DNA of 64,000 nt from Candidatus Bathyarchaeia archaeon (GCA_038883655.1 JAVZLQ010000004.1:32001-96000); one strand, 5' to 3'; counted from the first letter of the stretch, positions 30,020 through 40,559 are shown. Notes: generated from the letters alone by a model not told the origin. Numbers and translations are program-made.

Positions 30020-31105
30020 CTATGCTTTCTTCTTCGCAGCCAATGGAATAGACCGTACATGCTTTACCACGCGGACAATATCTTCAACCTCTTTTTTAGG
30101 CTGTTCCAAGGCTCTGTTTATGGCTATGTCAGCAATAGTCGCTCCCTTATCCGCGATTTTGGTTAGGCATGAAATGTAAGCCCTCAAGTATGGAATTTCT
30201 GGGGCTTCGCGCATCAGCCTTTCAGCTTCTCCTTCAAGAACTTCCTTCATTTCTAGTACGCCGTTAGCCACGCGAAGGTCTCTAGTGAAAATGCAGTCCA
30301 ATGCCTTCTGGAATATTGTTTGGGCTAACTCGCCCATGTGGAAAATCCTCTGTACAACATCTGCTGGGATTCTGTTGCGGTAAACTTTAAGCTCAACGAT
30401 TTTTTTGGCTATGTCTTCAGAATAGTCCGCAATTAACTCCAAATACTGAAGTATCAACCGCGTGGCTGGTATGAAGAGCACGTCAGTCGAACCTATTTGC
30501 TCAGCAATTTCAGGTTTAGCCTGCGCAGAGAGTAACAAGCGGACAGCAAGATAATAAATGGTGTCAGCTTCATCCTCGCGGCTCACAGCCTCCATAGCCA
30601 AATCTTCGTTATTTTCTTGGAATGCCTGCATCGCCTCCGAAAGTATTGTTGACGCAATTAGTGCTAGGCGTCTAACGAGCATGTCGAGTTTGAATTTCGA
30701 TGGGTCTACTGAACACTGCAATAGTATGTTTTTTGGCGTTTCTTCGAGTATTCCGAGACCGATTAGTTTTGGAACTATCCGCCTAATTTCGTCGACGTGT
30801 TCCTTGCTTATTCTTGTTGATGACACGACCCTCAAAACGTCTCTTCCAAGAATGTAGCTTCCAACGATTATCCTTTCGAGCATGCCTTTCTCGTCGCAAG
30901 CATCTGCGTTGATGATGTATTCTTCTGCTTCCTCTTTTAGGGCGAAGTGGCTTGGCATAATCTTTAATGTGCCATCTCTTTCTTGCATTAGGAAAACTAG
31001 GTCTCCAGGGTTTATGTTGTTCTGTTTTGTCCATTCGCTTGGAAGCGAAACAGTCAGTGTTGAATAACCAACTTTTTGAACTTTTCTACTTTCCAAAAGC
31101 TTCAC
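30020..31105 (-). CDS. AbrB-PhoU family regulator (archaeal phosphate uptake regulator type)
   Basis: N-terminal RKVQKVGYSTLTVSLPSEW (AbrB); PhoU repeats with EDEAD and LELIADY. Confidence 0.85.
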   Translation of the reverse strand: MKLLESRKVQKVGYSTLTVSLPSEWTKQNNINPGDLVFLMQERDGTLKIMPSHFALKEEAEEYIINADACDEKGMLERIIVGSYILGRDVLRVVSSTRISKEHVDEIRRIVPKLIGLGILEETPKNILLQCSVDPSKFKLDMLVRRLALIASTILSEAMQAFQENNEDLAMEAVSREDEADTIYYLAVRLLLSAQAKPEIAEQIGSTDVLFIPATRLILQYLELIADYSEDIAKKIVELKVYRNRIPADVVQRIFHMGELAQTIFQKALDCIFTRDLRVANGVLEMKEVLEGEAERLMREAPEIPYLRAYISCLTKIADKGATIADIAINRALEQPKKEVEDIVRVVKHVRSIPLAAKKKA

Positions 31106-31111
31106 CGTCTA

Positions 31112-31126
31112 TATGGTATTTACTAT
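31112..31126. promoter_or_regulatory. Operator-like quasi-palindrome TATGGTATTTACTAT (copy 1)
   Basis: Exact 15-bp match to 31451-31465; symmetry ATRGTA-N2-TACYAT; just upstream of the AbrB-PhoU start. Confidence 0.55.
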
Positions 31127-31226
31127 GCACATCAATTTAACGCATAGCCAATATTTTTCCGTTTCTATCATAACAAGACTTAATTAGAATTCCGCAGTTC
31201 TATTTGAATAAAGGAGAGATTTTAAT

Positions 31227-31439
31227 TTGGAGAAACCTATTAGAAGTTTGGTGAAGGCGATTTCTTGGAGAATTGTGGCAACTTTGACGACAATCATTTT
31301 AGTTGTGATATTCAGTAAGGGCGATTGGAGTTTAGGCGGAATTGTTGGTATTTCTGAACTAATTTTGAAAACTGTTGTTTACTACTTTCATGAGCGTGTT
31401 TGGAACTTGTTGAGTTTTGGCAGGGAGTCGAAGCATTAG
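31227..31439 (+). CDS. DUF2061-like small membrane protein
   Basis: RSLVKAISWRIVAT...YYFHERVW. Confidence 0.8.
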   Translation: MEKPIRSLVKAISWRIVATLTTIILVVIFSKGDWSLGGIVGISELILKTVVYYFHERVWNLLSFGRESKH

Positions 31440-31450
31440 CTCTTTTTATG

Positions 31451-31520
31451 TATGGTATTTACTATTCGTTAAAATATATGCATCAAGTATATATTTTGCA
31501 TTTATGTTATATATGCTTCA
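31451..31520. promoter_or_regulatory. Operator-like cluster upstream of the RHH-GcvH/Hdr operon
   Basis: Copy 2 of the 15-mer (31451-31465); inverted repeat AAAATATAT-N9-ATATATTTT (31471-31497); ATATATGCWTCA at 31474 and 31509. Confidence 0.55.
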
Positions 31521-31543
31521 GATGTAAAGGAGGGTGATGGAAA

Positions 31544-32134
31544 ATGTCTGAATGGAAAACCGTAAGTATAAGACAAGAACTAATAAAACAGATTGAAGAA
31601 GCAATCAAAACAGGGCGCTACAGAAGCATATCAGAATTCGTCTCAGAAGCCATCCGCCTACGCCTCGAAGACCTAATGCGCGCAGAAGGCATACCAGCAG
31701 AAAAACGCAAGGAATTGCTCCTAACACCTGAACTTCTCCTATACACGCCAAAGCACACGTGGGCACAAGTAACACCTGAAGGGAACATTCGCGTGGGTGT
31801 TTCAGACTACGCCCAGAGGCACTTGAAGGGTATAGCAAACATAATGACCGAACCAGTTGGAAAAGAAATAAGCCACATGGAGCCTTTCGGCGTTGCTGAA
31901 ACATGGATGTTCATGTTCGACCTTTACGCGCCAGTAAGCGGCAAAATAGTTAAAGTGAATGAGAAGCTAAAGAACGAGCCAAACCTTGTTAACGAAGACC
32001 CATACGGCGAAGGTTGGATTGTGGAGATTAAGCCGAACAACTCGTTAACTTTGGAACAGGAACTTAAAAAGCTGTTGAGCGCCCGTGAGTACAATAGGTG
32101 GGTAAGCAAGCTTGAAGGCAGACTGAGAGAATAA
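31544..32134 (+). CDS. Ribbon-helix-helix domain fused to a GcvH-like domain lacking the lipoyl lysine
   Basis: N-terminal WKTVSIRQEL...YRSISEFVSEAIR (RHH). GcvH hallmarks YTPKHTW, VGVSDYAQ, DLYAPVSG, VNEDPYGEGW. ETWMFMF replaces ESVKA. Confidence 0.85.
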   Translation: MSEWKTVSIRQELIKQIEEAIKTGRYRSISEFVSEAIRLRLEDLMRAEGIPAEKRKELLLTPELLLYTPKHTWAQVTPEGNIRVGVSDYAQRHLKGIANIMTEPVGKEISHMEPFGVAETWMFMFDLYAPVSGKIVKVNEKLKNEPNLVNEDPYGEGWIVEIKPNNSLTLEQELKKLLSAREYNRWVSKLEGRLRE

Positions 32135-32240
32135 ATTATTTCCCCTTTTCTTTACTTTATGTTATTTTTGCGTTAAACTTAACGTGGATGCCCTAATATA
32201 CTCGATGTGTTTCATAAATTTATTCTAAGTTGGTTTGACA

Positions 32241-33962
32241 ATGACAAAGAATAACCAAACAAAAGTAAAGAAACTTCCACCATGCCGCTCCGCATGCCCA
32301 GCCCACGTGAACGTTCAAGGTTACGTCTCGCTGCTCCAAAGAGGCAAATTCAAAGAGGCAGTTGAAATAATCCGCAAGGACATGCCCTTCCCCGCCATCT
32401 GCGGACGCGTATGCTTCAGCCCATGTGAAGACGCATGCGCAAGAACAAACGTTGACCAAGCAGTGGCAATACGCGCACTAAAAAGGCTCGTAGCAGACAT
32501 AGAAAGGGAGCAAGGACGCGTAAAACCAGAACCAATACCCAAAAAGTACAACGAAAAAGTCGCTATAATAGGTGCTGGACCGGCGGGATTAACAGCAGCC
32601 TACGAACTCGCAAAACTTGGTTATCCAGTAACTGTTTTTGAGCGTATGGCTGAACCTGGCGGAATGATGCGCTATTGCATACCCAACTTCCGCCTTGAAA
32701 AGTTTGTTGTGGCGAATGAGATAGCCTACATAAAGGATTTGGGCGTGGAAATAAAGACTGGCGTGGAATTTGGAAAGGGTATAACGCTCGAAAGCCTACG
32801 TAAGGATGGCTATAAGGCGATTTTCCTTGCAATCGGAACACAGAAAGGCATGAAACTTAACATTCCAGGTGAGGAGTTTGAAGGCGTGATAAACGCTGTT
32901 GACTTTTTGAGGGCTATATCTTTGGGCGAACCAATAAAAGTTGGTGAAAGAGTCGCCGTCATAGGCGGTGGAAACACAGCCATAGACGCGGCGAGAACCG
33001 CAAAGAAGCTCGGCGCAAAAGAAGTCATGATATTGTATAGGCGTTCACGCGATGAGATGCCCGCGCTGCCCCATGAAGTAGCAGAGGCAGAAAAGGACGG
33101 CGTTAAATTCTACTTCCTAGTCGCGCCAAAGCAAATAATTGGCGAGAATGGCAGGGTTAAAGCTGTTGAATGCTTGAGAATGCGTCTCGGCGAACCAGAC
33201 GAAAGTGGAAGAAGAAAGCCAATCCCAATAAGCTTTTCAGAGCATCAATACGAGGTTGACATGGTTATACCCGCACTTGGGCAAGTCCTAGAATTGTCAT
33301 GCGTGCCGCCAGAACTTTTAGATAAAGAGGCAAAAGCACCTTCAATAAAAGTTGACTTTACAACAATGGAAACAAGCGTGAAAGGCGTTTTTGCTGGCGG
33401 CGACATGGCTACTGGACCAGCAAGCATCATTGAGGCGGTTGGGGCAGGCAAGAAAGCGGCAGTTTCGATTCACCTTTATCTCCGTGGGCAAGACCCGAGA
33501 AGCGCAAGGGAAGAGAAAATCGAGGAAACGACTTGGGTTAGGAATTGGGGTTACATCAAAAAGAAGGAACGCAGATACGAGCCTCCCTTGGAAAAGCCTC
33601 ACCTAAGCTTTGAAGAGGCTAAAGTTTACCTTGAAAAGCTGAAGCGCGAAGCGGTTTTTGAGGCTTTCCGTTGTTTAGGCTGTGGACCATGCGCGGAATG
33701 CCTAGCAGAACTAGACTTATGCGAGGGGGACAAGGCTGTTGTCGACGAAAACCTATGCGTGGGCTGTAACGTCTGCGCTGTTGTATGTCCGTTTGGGGCG
33801 ATAAAAAAGAACGAGAATGAGATTGCGCAGGTTAATGAGGAGCTTTGTAAGGGATGCGGAATATGTGCTGCGCGGTGTCCGGAACAGGCAATTTCAATGA
33901 AGAAGCTTTCGAATGAACGCATACTGAACCTTGCCTTGCAAGTTGAGGAGGCAAAAGCATGA
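32241..33962 (+). CDS. GltD/NfnB-like FAD/NAD(P) oxidoreductase with C-terminal ferredoxin
   Basis: Motifs PPCRSACPAH, ICGRVCFSPCE, GAGPAG, GGGNTAID, YRRS, FAGGD and C-terminal CxxCxxCxxxCP motifs. Confidence 0.88.
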   Translation: MTKNNQTKVKKLPPCRSACPAHVNVQGYVSLLQRGKFKEAVEIIRKDMPFPAICGRVCFSPCEDACARTNVDQAVAIRALKRLVADIEREQGRVKPEPIPKKYNEKVAIIGAGPAGLTAAYELAKLGYPVTVFERMAEPGGMMRYCIPNFRLEKFVVANEIAYIKDLGVEIKTGVEFGKGITLESLRKDGYKAIFLAIGTQKGMKLNIPGEEFEGVINAVDFLRAISLGEPIKVGERVAVIGGGNTAIDAARTAKKLGAKEVMILYRRSRDEMPALPHEVAEAEKDGVKFYFLVAPKQIIGENGRVKAVECLRMRLGEPDESGRRKPIPISFSEHQYEVDMVIPALGQVLELSCVPPELLDKEAKAPSIKVDFTTMETSVKGVFAGGDMATGPASIIEAVGAGKKAAVSIHLYLRGQDPRSAREEKIEETTWVRNWGYIKKKERRYEPPLEKPHLSFEEAKVYLEKLKREAVFEAFRCLGCGPCAECLAELDLCEGDKAVVDENLCVGCNVCAVVCPFGAIKKNENEIAQVNEELCKGCGICAARCPEQAISMKKLSNERILNLALQVEEAKA

Positions 33963-34702
33963 GTTCCAAAATTGTTTGTTTCATGTGTAATTGGGCTTTC
34001 TGCCTAGAGGAAATGGAAATTCCAAAAAACGTTAACATTGCCCGCGTAATGTGCATCGGAAGGCTTGATCCAACCATAGTTTTGGATGTACTTGCGAAGG
34101 GCGCTGACGGCGTTTTAATGATTGGCTGCAAACCACCAGACTGCCACTACATTGAAGGAAACCTTCAAGCGGAAAGAGCTGTGAAACTTCTAAAAAAGCT
34201 TGTTTCACTTGCTGGTTTGGAGCCGGAACGTGTAAGGCTTGAATGGTACACACCGCTAGAGGGAAAAAGCTTCATTCAACACCTGAAAGAGCTTAACACC
34301 GTTATAACTGCACTTGGAGAATCTCCAATAAAAGCGTCTCCAGAATCAGAACTTATGCTAAACATTTTGGCTGCTAAAAACGCGGCTTCTAACTTTAGGC
34401 TTAGGGTTTTGCTTGGAAGGGAAAGGGAACTCACAGAAAGCGTCAACGTTTACGGAGAAAAAATCTCGCAGGAGGAATTCGACTTTCTGATGGACGAAAT
34501 AGTCAAGGAAGAGTTCCTGCGCCACAAAATCCACTTGTTGACCAAGACCAAGCCGCTTTCGGTTAAAGAGCTGGCTAAAGCGCTTGGAGTCAAGCCCGCA
34601 GATGTTCTCAAACAGATTGTGAACATGCGTAGGAAGAACATGATAACAATAGAACGTTTCATGGAAACAACACCCCTTTACAGGGCGTTGGAGGTGAAGT
34701 AA
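33959..34702 (+). CDS. MvhD-like [2Fe-2S] domain fused to a C-terminal winged helix-turn-helix
   Basis: Motifs FMCNW, RVMCIGRLDP, GCKPPDCHY. C-terminal LSVKELAKALGVKPADVLKQIVNM. Confidence 0.78.
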   Translation: MSSKIVCFMCNWAFCLEEMEIPKNVNIARVMCIGRLDPTIVLDVLAKGADGVLMIGCKPPDCHYIEGNLQAERAVKLLKKLVSLAGLEPERVRLEWYTPLEGKSFIQHLKELNTVITALGESPIKASPESELMLNILAAKNAASNFRLRVLLGRERELTESVNVYGEKISQEEFDFLMDEIVKEEFLRHKIHLLTKTKPLSVKELAKALGVKPADVLKQIVNMRRKNMITIERFMETTPLYRALEVK

Positions 34703-34703
34703 A

Positions 34704-37700
34704 ATGGCGGTTACAAATCAAAAGGTTGGAGCAGTTCTTGTTGTTGGCGGAGGAGTTGCCGGAATCCAAGCCTCCTTGGATTTGGCTGATTCTGGCTTCA
34801 AAGTGTATCTTATCGACGAGGGCGCAAGCATCGGCGGCGTAATGGCTCAGCTTGACAAGACTTTTCCAACAAACGACTGTTCGATGTGCATTCTCTCGCC
34901 GAAACTTGTGGCTACTGGTAGGCATCCCAACATAACAATTTTAACCAACACGGAAATTTTGGGCATGGACGGCGAGGCTGGAAACTTCGAAGTTAAACTT
35001 CGAAAACGCGCCCGTTACATAATCGAAGATAAATGCAACGGCTGTGGTTTATGCGCACAAAAATGCCCAATTGAAGCCATAGACATCTACAACGAAGGCT
35101 TAAGCAAAAGAAGTGCAATCTACGTCGACTATCCACAAGCTGTACCGCTCAAGTACAAGATTGACCGCGAAAAATGCATCGGCTGTGGAACATGCTACGA
35201 AATATGTAAAGCAAAAGCCGTGGCTTACGACCAGCAAGACAGCGAAGCTACTCTAAAAGTCGGCGCAATAATACTTGCACCGGGATTCGAAACGTTTGAT
35301 GCGCGGTTGAAGAGTGAGTACGGTTATGGACGTTACGCAAATGTTGTTACAAGCATAGAGTTTGAGCGTATATTAAGCGCTTCTGGACCATACGGCGGCG
35401 TGGTTTTGCGACCTTCTGACGGCGAAATCCCAAAGAAAATTGCCTTTATTCAATGTGTTGGTTCTCGTGATGCCCAGCTTGGAAACAACTACTGTTCCGC
35501 GGCGTGTTGCATGTACGGAATGAAAGAGGCTGTCATAGCCAAAGAGCACACGCCAACAAAGCTTGACGCCACAATATTCTTTATGGATTTACGCGCTTAT
35601 GGAAAGGAGTTTGACGCCTATTACAACCGCGCCAAAGAAGAGTGGGGAATAAGATTTGTCAGGTCTAGGGTTGCAGGTGTATCCGAAGATCCTCTGACTG
35701 GAAACCTTATCGTGCATTATGTTGAGGATGAAACGCCGAAAACAGAAGAATTCGACATGGTTGTACTCTCCATCGGCATGCAACCACCAAAAAATGTTGA
35801 AAAACTCGCGAAAGCCCTTGGAATAGAGCTTAACAAGTACATGTTCTGCAAAACAAACACCTTCACACCACTAGAAACTTCAAGACCAGGAGTTTTCGTC
35901 TGCGGCGCATTCAGCGCGCCTAAAGATATTCCAGAGAGCGTCGCCCAGGCAAGCGGAGCAGCGGCAAAAGCAATGAGCATAATTGCAAGCGAGAGAGGCA
36001 AGCTTGTAACGGTTAAAGAGTACCCGCAGGAAAGGGACATAAGCCAAGAAGAACCGCGAATAGGCGTTTTCGTCTGCCACTGTGGAATAAACATAGGCGG
36101 AGTCGTAAACGTTCCAGAAGTTGTTGAGTACGCCAAAAAACTCCCAAACGTGGTTTACGCAGAAGCAAACCTATACACGTGTTCGCAGGACACGCAGAAA
36201 CTAATCAAAGAAAAAATTCAACAGTACAAACTAAACCGCGTCGTCGTAGCCTCGTGCACTCCGCGCACCCACGAGCCACTGTTTAGGGAAACCGTTCAAG
36301 AAGCTGGATTAAACCCCTACCTTTTCGAGATGGCAAACATACGCGACCAATGCAGTTGGGTGCACATGCACGAACCAAAAGCGGCAACAGAAAAGGCGAA
36401 AGACCTTGTGCGCTCAGTCGTTGCGAAGGCTAGGCTTCTACAACCATTAAAGAAGCCGCAAATAGCCGTTACGCCAGTAGGCTTGGTCATAGGCGGCGGA
36501 GTTTCTGGAATGACTGCAGCCCTAGAACTTGCAAAGCAAGGCTTCGAAGTACACTTAGTTGAAAGAGAAAAAGAACTCGGTGGACACTTACGTCACATAC
36601 ATTATTTGCTTGAGGGCGACGAAGACCCGCAGCAAAAGCTGAAAGTCCTAATAAGCGAGGTTATGGCGAACAGCAAAATCCACGTTCACCTGGACTCTGA
36701 AGTTGTTAGCATCGAAGGGTTTGTTGGCAACTTCAAAACTAGGATAAGGCGGCATAACGGTGGAGAAGTGGAAGTTGAAAATGGCATAGTGATTGTGGCT
36801 ACTGGCGCAATGGAATACACACCAAAAGAGTACCTTTACGGCACAGACCCGCGAGTGCTCACCCAGAGGGAACTCGAAGAAAAACTTGCAAAAGGCAACT
36901 TCAAAGCCAAAACCGTCGTCATGATACAATGCGTCGGAGCAAGAAATGAAGAAAGACCAAACTGCGCGCGGATATGCTGCGGACAAGCAATAAAGAACGC
37001 CCTAAAAATTAAGGAGTTGAGCCCACAAACAGAAGTTTACGTGTTATATAAGGATGTTAGGGCTTACGGCTTTAAGGAGGATTATTACCGCGAAGCCGCA
37101 GCGAAAGGCGTGCTCTTCGTAAACTATGAAGATGAAAGGAAACCGCAAGTTGTTAATGAAGGCGGCAAGCTTAAAGTGCGGTTCTGGGAACCAGTGCTAA
37201 AAGAAGAAATCGAAATCGAACCAGACCTCGTCGTTTTAAGCGCGGCAACAATTCCTAACATAGACAACAAGCGCGTGGCAGAAATGCTCAAAGTTCCGCT
37301 AACAAAGGACGGCTTCTTCCTAGAAGCTCACATGAAGCTTAGACCAGTTGACTTCGCAACTGAAGGCGTTTTCCTATGCGGGATGGCGCACTCGCCAAAA
37401 TACATTGACGAAAGCATAGCGCAAGCCTGCGCTGCAGCCGCAAGAGCCGCTACGATACTCTCGAAACCAACGCTTGAGATGGAGGGAATCGTGGCAAACG
37501 TAAACGAAGATTTATGTAGCGGATGTAGAATCTGTGAATATCTATGCCCATACGGGGCAATAGAGATGCAAGAGAAAGACGGCAAACTTACGGCACACGT
37601 AATTGAAGCCTTATGCAAGGGCTGCGGCGCCTGCGGAACCGCATGTCCAACAAAAGCCATCATCATGGGACACTTCACAACCGAAGAAATACTCGCCCAA

Positions 37701-37733
37701 GTTAGAGCCGCACTTGTGGAGGCGACAGCATGA
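34704..37733 (+). CDS. hdrA: Tandem (double) HdrA, 1009 aa
   Basis: Two FAD domains (GGGVAG, GGGVSG). FPTNDCSMC occurs in half 1 only; the [14 protein letters not shown] domain is internal; C-terminal ferredoxin. Confidence 0.92.
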   Translation: MAVTNQKVGAVLVVGGGVAGIQASLDLADSGFKVYLIDEGASIGGVMAQLDKTFPTNDCSMCILSPKLVATGRHPNITILTNTEILGMDGEAGNFEVKLRKRARYIIEDKCNGCGLCAQKCPIEAIDIYNEGLSKRSAIYVDYPQAVPLKYKIDREKCIGCGTCYEICKAKAVAYDQQDSEATLKVGAIILAPGFETFDARLKSEYGYGRYANVVTSIEFERILSASGPYGGVVLRPSDGEIPKKIAFIQCVGSRDAQLGNNYCSAACCMYGMKEAVIAKEHTPTKLDATIFFMDLRAYGKEFDAYYNRAKEEWGIRFVRSRVAGVSEDPLTGNLIVHYVEDETPKTEEFDMVVLSIGMQPPKNVEKLAKALGIELNKYMFCKTNTFTPLETSRPGVFVCGAFSAPKDIPESVAQASGAAAKAMSIIASERGKLVTVKEYPQERDISQEEPRIGVFVCHCGINIGGVVNVPEVVEYAKKLPNVVYAEANLYTCSQDTQKLIKEKIQQYKLNRVVVASCTPRTHEPLFRETVQEAGLNPYLFEMANIRDQCSWVHMHEPKAATEKAKDLVRSVVAKARLLQPLKKPQIAVTPVGLVIGGGVSGMTAALELAKQGFEVHLVEREKELGGHLRHIHYLLEGDEDPQQKLKVLISEVMANSKIHVHLDSEVVSIEGFVGNFKTRIRRHNGGEVEVENGIVIVATGAMEYTPKEYLYGTDPRVLTQRELEEKLAKGNFKAKTVVMIQCVGARNEERPNCARICCGQAIKNALKIKELSPQTEVYVLYKDVRAYGFKEDYYREAAAKGVLFVNYEDERKPQVVNEGGKLKVRFWEPVLKEEIEIEPDLVVLSAATIPNIDNKRVAEMLKVPLTKDGFFLEAHMKLRPVDFATEGVFLCGMAHSPKYIDESIAQACAAAARAATILSKPTLEMEGIVANVNEDLCSGCRICEYLCPYGAIEMQEKDGKLTAHVIEALCKGCGACGTACPTKAIIMGHFTTEEILAQVRAALVEATA

Positions 37734-38167
37734 CTGAAAAGGAAAATTTTGAACCTAAAATAATTGGTTTCCTATGCAACTGGTGTAGCTACGCAGGCGC
37801 AGACCTAGCAGGAGTAAGCAGAATCCAATACCCACCAAACATTAGAATTGTACGCGTCATGTGCAGCGGCAGAATCGACCCAATCTTCATTTTAGAAGCA
37901 TTCAAGAATGGCGCCGACGGCGTGCTGGTGGCTGGTTGCCACCTACCATCAGATTGCCACTACATTAGTGGAAACTTCAAGGCTTTGAGAAGGGTAACAT
38001 TATTAAGGAAAATTCTTTCAGAATTTGGAATCGAACCAGAACGCCTGCGGCTGGAATGGGTCTCTGCAAGCGAAGGAGACCGTTTCGCCGCAATAGTACG
38101 CGAAATGGTTGAAGAAATAAAAAAGCTTGGTCCAAGTCCCCTAAAGAAAATGGAGGTTAAAACATAA
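37730..38167 (+). CDS. mvhD: MvhD [2Fe-2S] subunit
   Basis: Motifs [31 protein letters not shown]. Confidence 0.95.
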   Translation: MTEKENFEPKIIGFLCNWCSYAGADLAGVSRIQYPPNIRIVRVMCSGRIDPIFILEAFKNGADGVLVAGCHLPSDCHYISGNFKALRRVTLLRKILSEFGIEPERLRLEWVSASEGDRFAAIVREMVEEIKKLGPSPLKKMEVKT

Positions 38168-38700
38168 TGTCACAAGCAGAAAAAGAGCCCATAAGGGCTT
38201 CTGAAATTGACCCCAAATTCAAATACGAAATCGCAAAGCTGCCAGGCGGAGAAAAACTCATGCGCTGCTTCCAGTGTGGCACATGCACTTCAGACTGCCC
38301 AATCGCAAAGTTCAGCGACACTTATAGGCCTAGGCAGATTATCCGCATGACACAGCTTGGTTTACGCGAAAGAGTTTTGAGCAGCGACACATTGTGGCTT
38401 TGCGCCTCATGTTTCACGTGCACGGACAGATGTCCACAAGACGTTGAGGTTGCAAGCGTAATTCGCGTTCTCCGTAACTTAGCGGCTGAAAGGGGATACA
38501 TTCCACAAGTTTTTAAGGAGCAAGCATCAAGCATCTTGGAGTCTGGGTACGCCTACAAAATCCCAGACCTGCGAATAAAGAAGAGGGAAAGTTTGGGTTT
38601 GCCGCCGTTGCCGCGTGGAAACCCCGAAGGCATAAAGAAGATTCTCCATGGCATAAACTTCCTAAAGTTTGTTGAAGGTGAGAAAAGTGCCACAAAATAA
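38167..38700 (+). CDS. hdrC: Heterodisulfide reductase subunit C (copy 2)
   Basis: Motifs CFQCGTCTSDCP and WLCASCFTCTDRCP. Confidence 0.92.
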   Translation: MSQAEKEPIRASEIDPKFKYEIAKLPGGEKLMRCFQCGTCTSDCPIAKFSDTYRPRQIIRMTQLGLRERVLSSDTLWLCASCFTCTDRCPQDVEVASVIRVLRNLAAERGYIPQVFKEQASSILESGYAYKIPDLRIKKRESLGLPPLPRGNPEGIKKILHGINFLKFVEGEKSATK

Positions 38701-39574
38701 ATTCCTAATCTTCCTCGGATGCGCAATACCCTATAGGGTTTCAGCTTACGAAATCTCAGCGCGAAAAGTCCTTCAAAAATTAGGCGTAGAACTCGTCGAA
38801 ATGCCAGAATTCAACTGCTGCGGCTTGCCAATGGACCCCGTAAGCCATGAAATGATGCTTATTTTGGCGGCGAGGAACCTCGCTCTGGCGGAGCGTGAAG
38901 GACTAAACATTTTAACACTTTGTCCGGGATGCGCTGGCACGCTCAAGAAAGTTAATAAGATGTTGAAGGAGGATAAAGCCCTACGCGAAGAAGTAAACAA
39001 GCGCTTGAAGGAAGATGGTCTAGAGTTTAAGGGAACAATAGACGCGAAGCATCTGATGCAAGTGCTCATTGAAGATGTTGGCTTGGAACGAATAAAGAAC
39101 GCGGTTGTAAAGCCTTTAACGGCGCTTAAAGTCGCAGAACACAACGGCTGCCACATTTTAAGGCCAAAAGAATACATTGGTTTTGACGACCCAGAAGACC
39201 CGCAGACGCTTAAGAGGCTTGTGGAGGCTACTGGCGCCACATGCCTAGATTATCTCGACGAGACGGAGTGTTGCGGCGCCCCAAGCGTGGGCGTAAACGA
39301 CAAGATTGCGCTTCAGCTTGCACGGGACAAGCTTAACCACATAAAAGTGGTTGGCGCCCAAGCCATGATTACGATATGCCCGTTCTGCCACATAATGTAT
39401 GACACTAACGAGCTGCGCATAGAAAAAATGTTCAACGAAACCTACGGCATACCAATATTGCATTATACGCAGCTGCTTGGCTTGGCTATGGGAATACCGC
39501 CAGAAGAGCTTGCCTTCAACGAACTTAGAGTTGACGCTTCAAAAATATTGAGAACAGCGTTGGAAGGTGCATAA
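38687..39574 (+). CDS. hdrB: Heterodisulfide reductase subunit B (copy 2)
   Basis: Motifs FLGC, NCCG, LCPGC, GCHILRP, ECCG, CPFC; GTG start at 38687. Confidence 0.92.
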   Translation: MPQNKFLIFLGCAIPYRVSAYEISARKVLQKLGVELVEMPEFNCCGLPMDPVSHEMMLILAARNLALAEREGLNILTLCPGCAGTLKKVNKMLKEDKALREEVNKRLKEDGLEFKGTIDAKHLMQVLIEDVGLERIKNAVVKPLTALKVAEHNGCHILRPKEYIGFDDPEDPQTLKRLVEATGATCLDYLDETECCGAPSVGVNDKIALQLARDKLNHIKVVGAQAMITICPFCHIMYDTNELRIEKMFNETYGIPILHYTQLLGLAMGIPPEELAFNELRVDASKILRTALEGA

Positions 39575-39575
39575 G

Positions 39576-40559
39576 ATGAGTAAGAATAAACTGAAGTTCG
39601 CGTTTTATTGGGCTGCAAGTTGCGGCGGCTGCGAAATCGCAGTTTTAGACATAAACGAGAAAATATTGGACGTGCTTCAAATAGCTGACATCGTCTTCTG
39701 GCCTGTTGCCATGGACATAAAATATAAAGACGTCGAAGCGATGCCAGACAAATATATTGACGTGTGCTTCTTTAATGGTGGAATACGCAACAGCGAGCAA
39801 GAACACATGGCTAAGCTATTGAGGCAAAAATCGAAAATACTTGTTGCTTATGGCGCTTGCGCTCACCTTGGCGGGGTTCCAGGACTTGCGAACTTGACTA
39901 ACCGTGAAGAGATTTTTGAGAAGGTTTATGCTGAAACATTTTCAACTGCAAACCCGAACAAGGCAATGCCAAAGCCCAAGGTTGCGGTTAAGGAGGGCGA
40001 ATTAGACATTCCAGAGTTCTATGACACTGTTAGAACGCTTGACCAGACAGTGGATGTGGATTATTATGTTCCTGGCTGTCCGCCAGCGGTTGAACGCACT
40101 CTGTACGCTTTGGAAGTCATAGCCAAAGGCGAATTGCCGCCGAAAGGCTCTGTACTTGCGCCGCTAAAGTCTGTTTGCGACGAATGCCCAAGAAAGAAGG
40201 AGAACAAGAAAATCTCGAAAGTTTATCGCGTTTACGAGAAGGCTCCAGAACCAGAAAAATGCCTACTGGAACAAGGAATAATTTGCATGGGACCAGCCAC
40301 AAGAGGCGGATGCGGAGCAAGATGCCTGAAGGCAGACATGCCATGCACGGGATGCGGTGGACCATGCCCGAACTCGCCAGAACAAGGAGCCGCCATGATA
40401 AGCGCGCTTGCTTCTATACTCGGCTTGGAAGAGGAAAAAGAAAAGTACACTGAAGAGGAAGTGGAAAAACTAATCAGTCAAGTAAAAGACCCGATTGGCA
40501 CGTTTTACATGTACGCTTTGCCAGCTTCAATTTTACGTAGGAGGATTATGCGAAAATGA
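39576..40559 (+). CDS. mvhG: [NiFe]-hydrogenase small subunit (copy 2)
   Basis: Motifs ASCGGC, GACA, GCPP, CMGPATRGGC. Confidence 0.9.
   Translation: MSKNKLKFAFYWAASCGGCEIAVLDINEKILDVLQIADIVFWPVAMDIKYKDVEAMPDKYIDVCFFNGGIRNSEQEHMAKLLRQKSKILVAYGACAHLGGVPGLANLTNREEIFEKVYAETFSTANPNKAMPKPKVAVKEGELDIPEFYDTVRTLDQTVDVDYYVPGCPPAVERTLYALEVIAKGELPPKGSVLAPLKSVCDECPRKKENKKISKVYRVYEKAPEPEKCLLEQGIICMGPATRGGCGARCLKADMPCTGCGGPCPNSPEQGAAMISALASILGLEEEKEKYTEEEVEKLISQVKDPIGTFYMYALPASILRRRIMRK

Noticed and set aside
31544-32134. Annotation as a functional glycine cleavage H protein (gcvH)
   Set aside because: The lipoyl lysine is absent, there is an extra N-terminal domain, and no gcvP/T/L is nearby.
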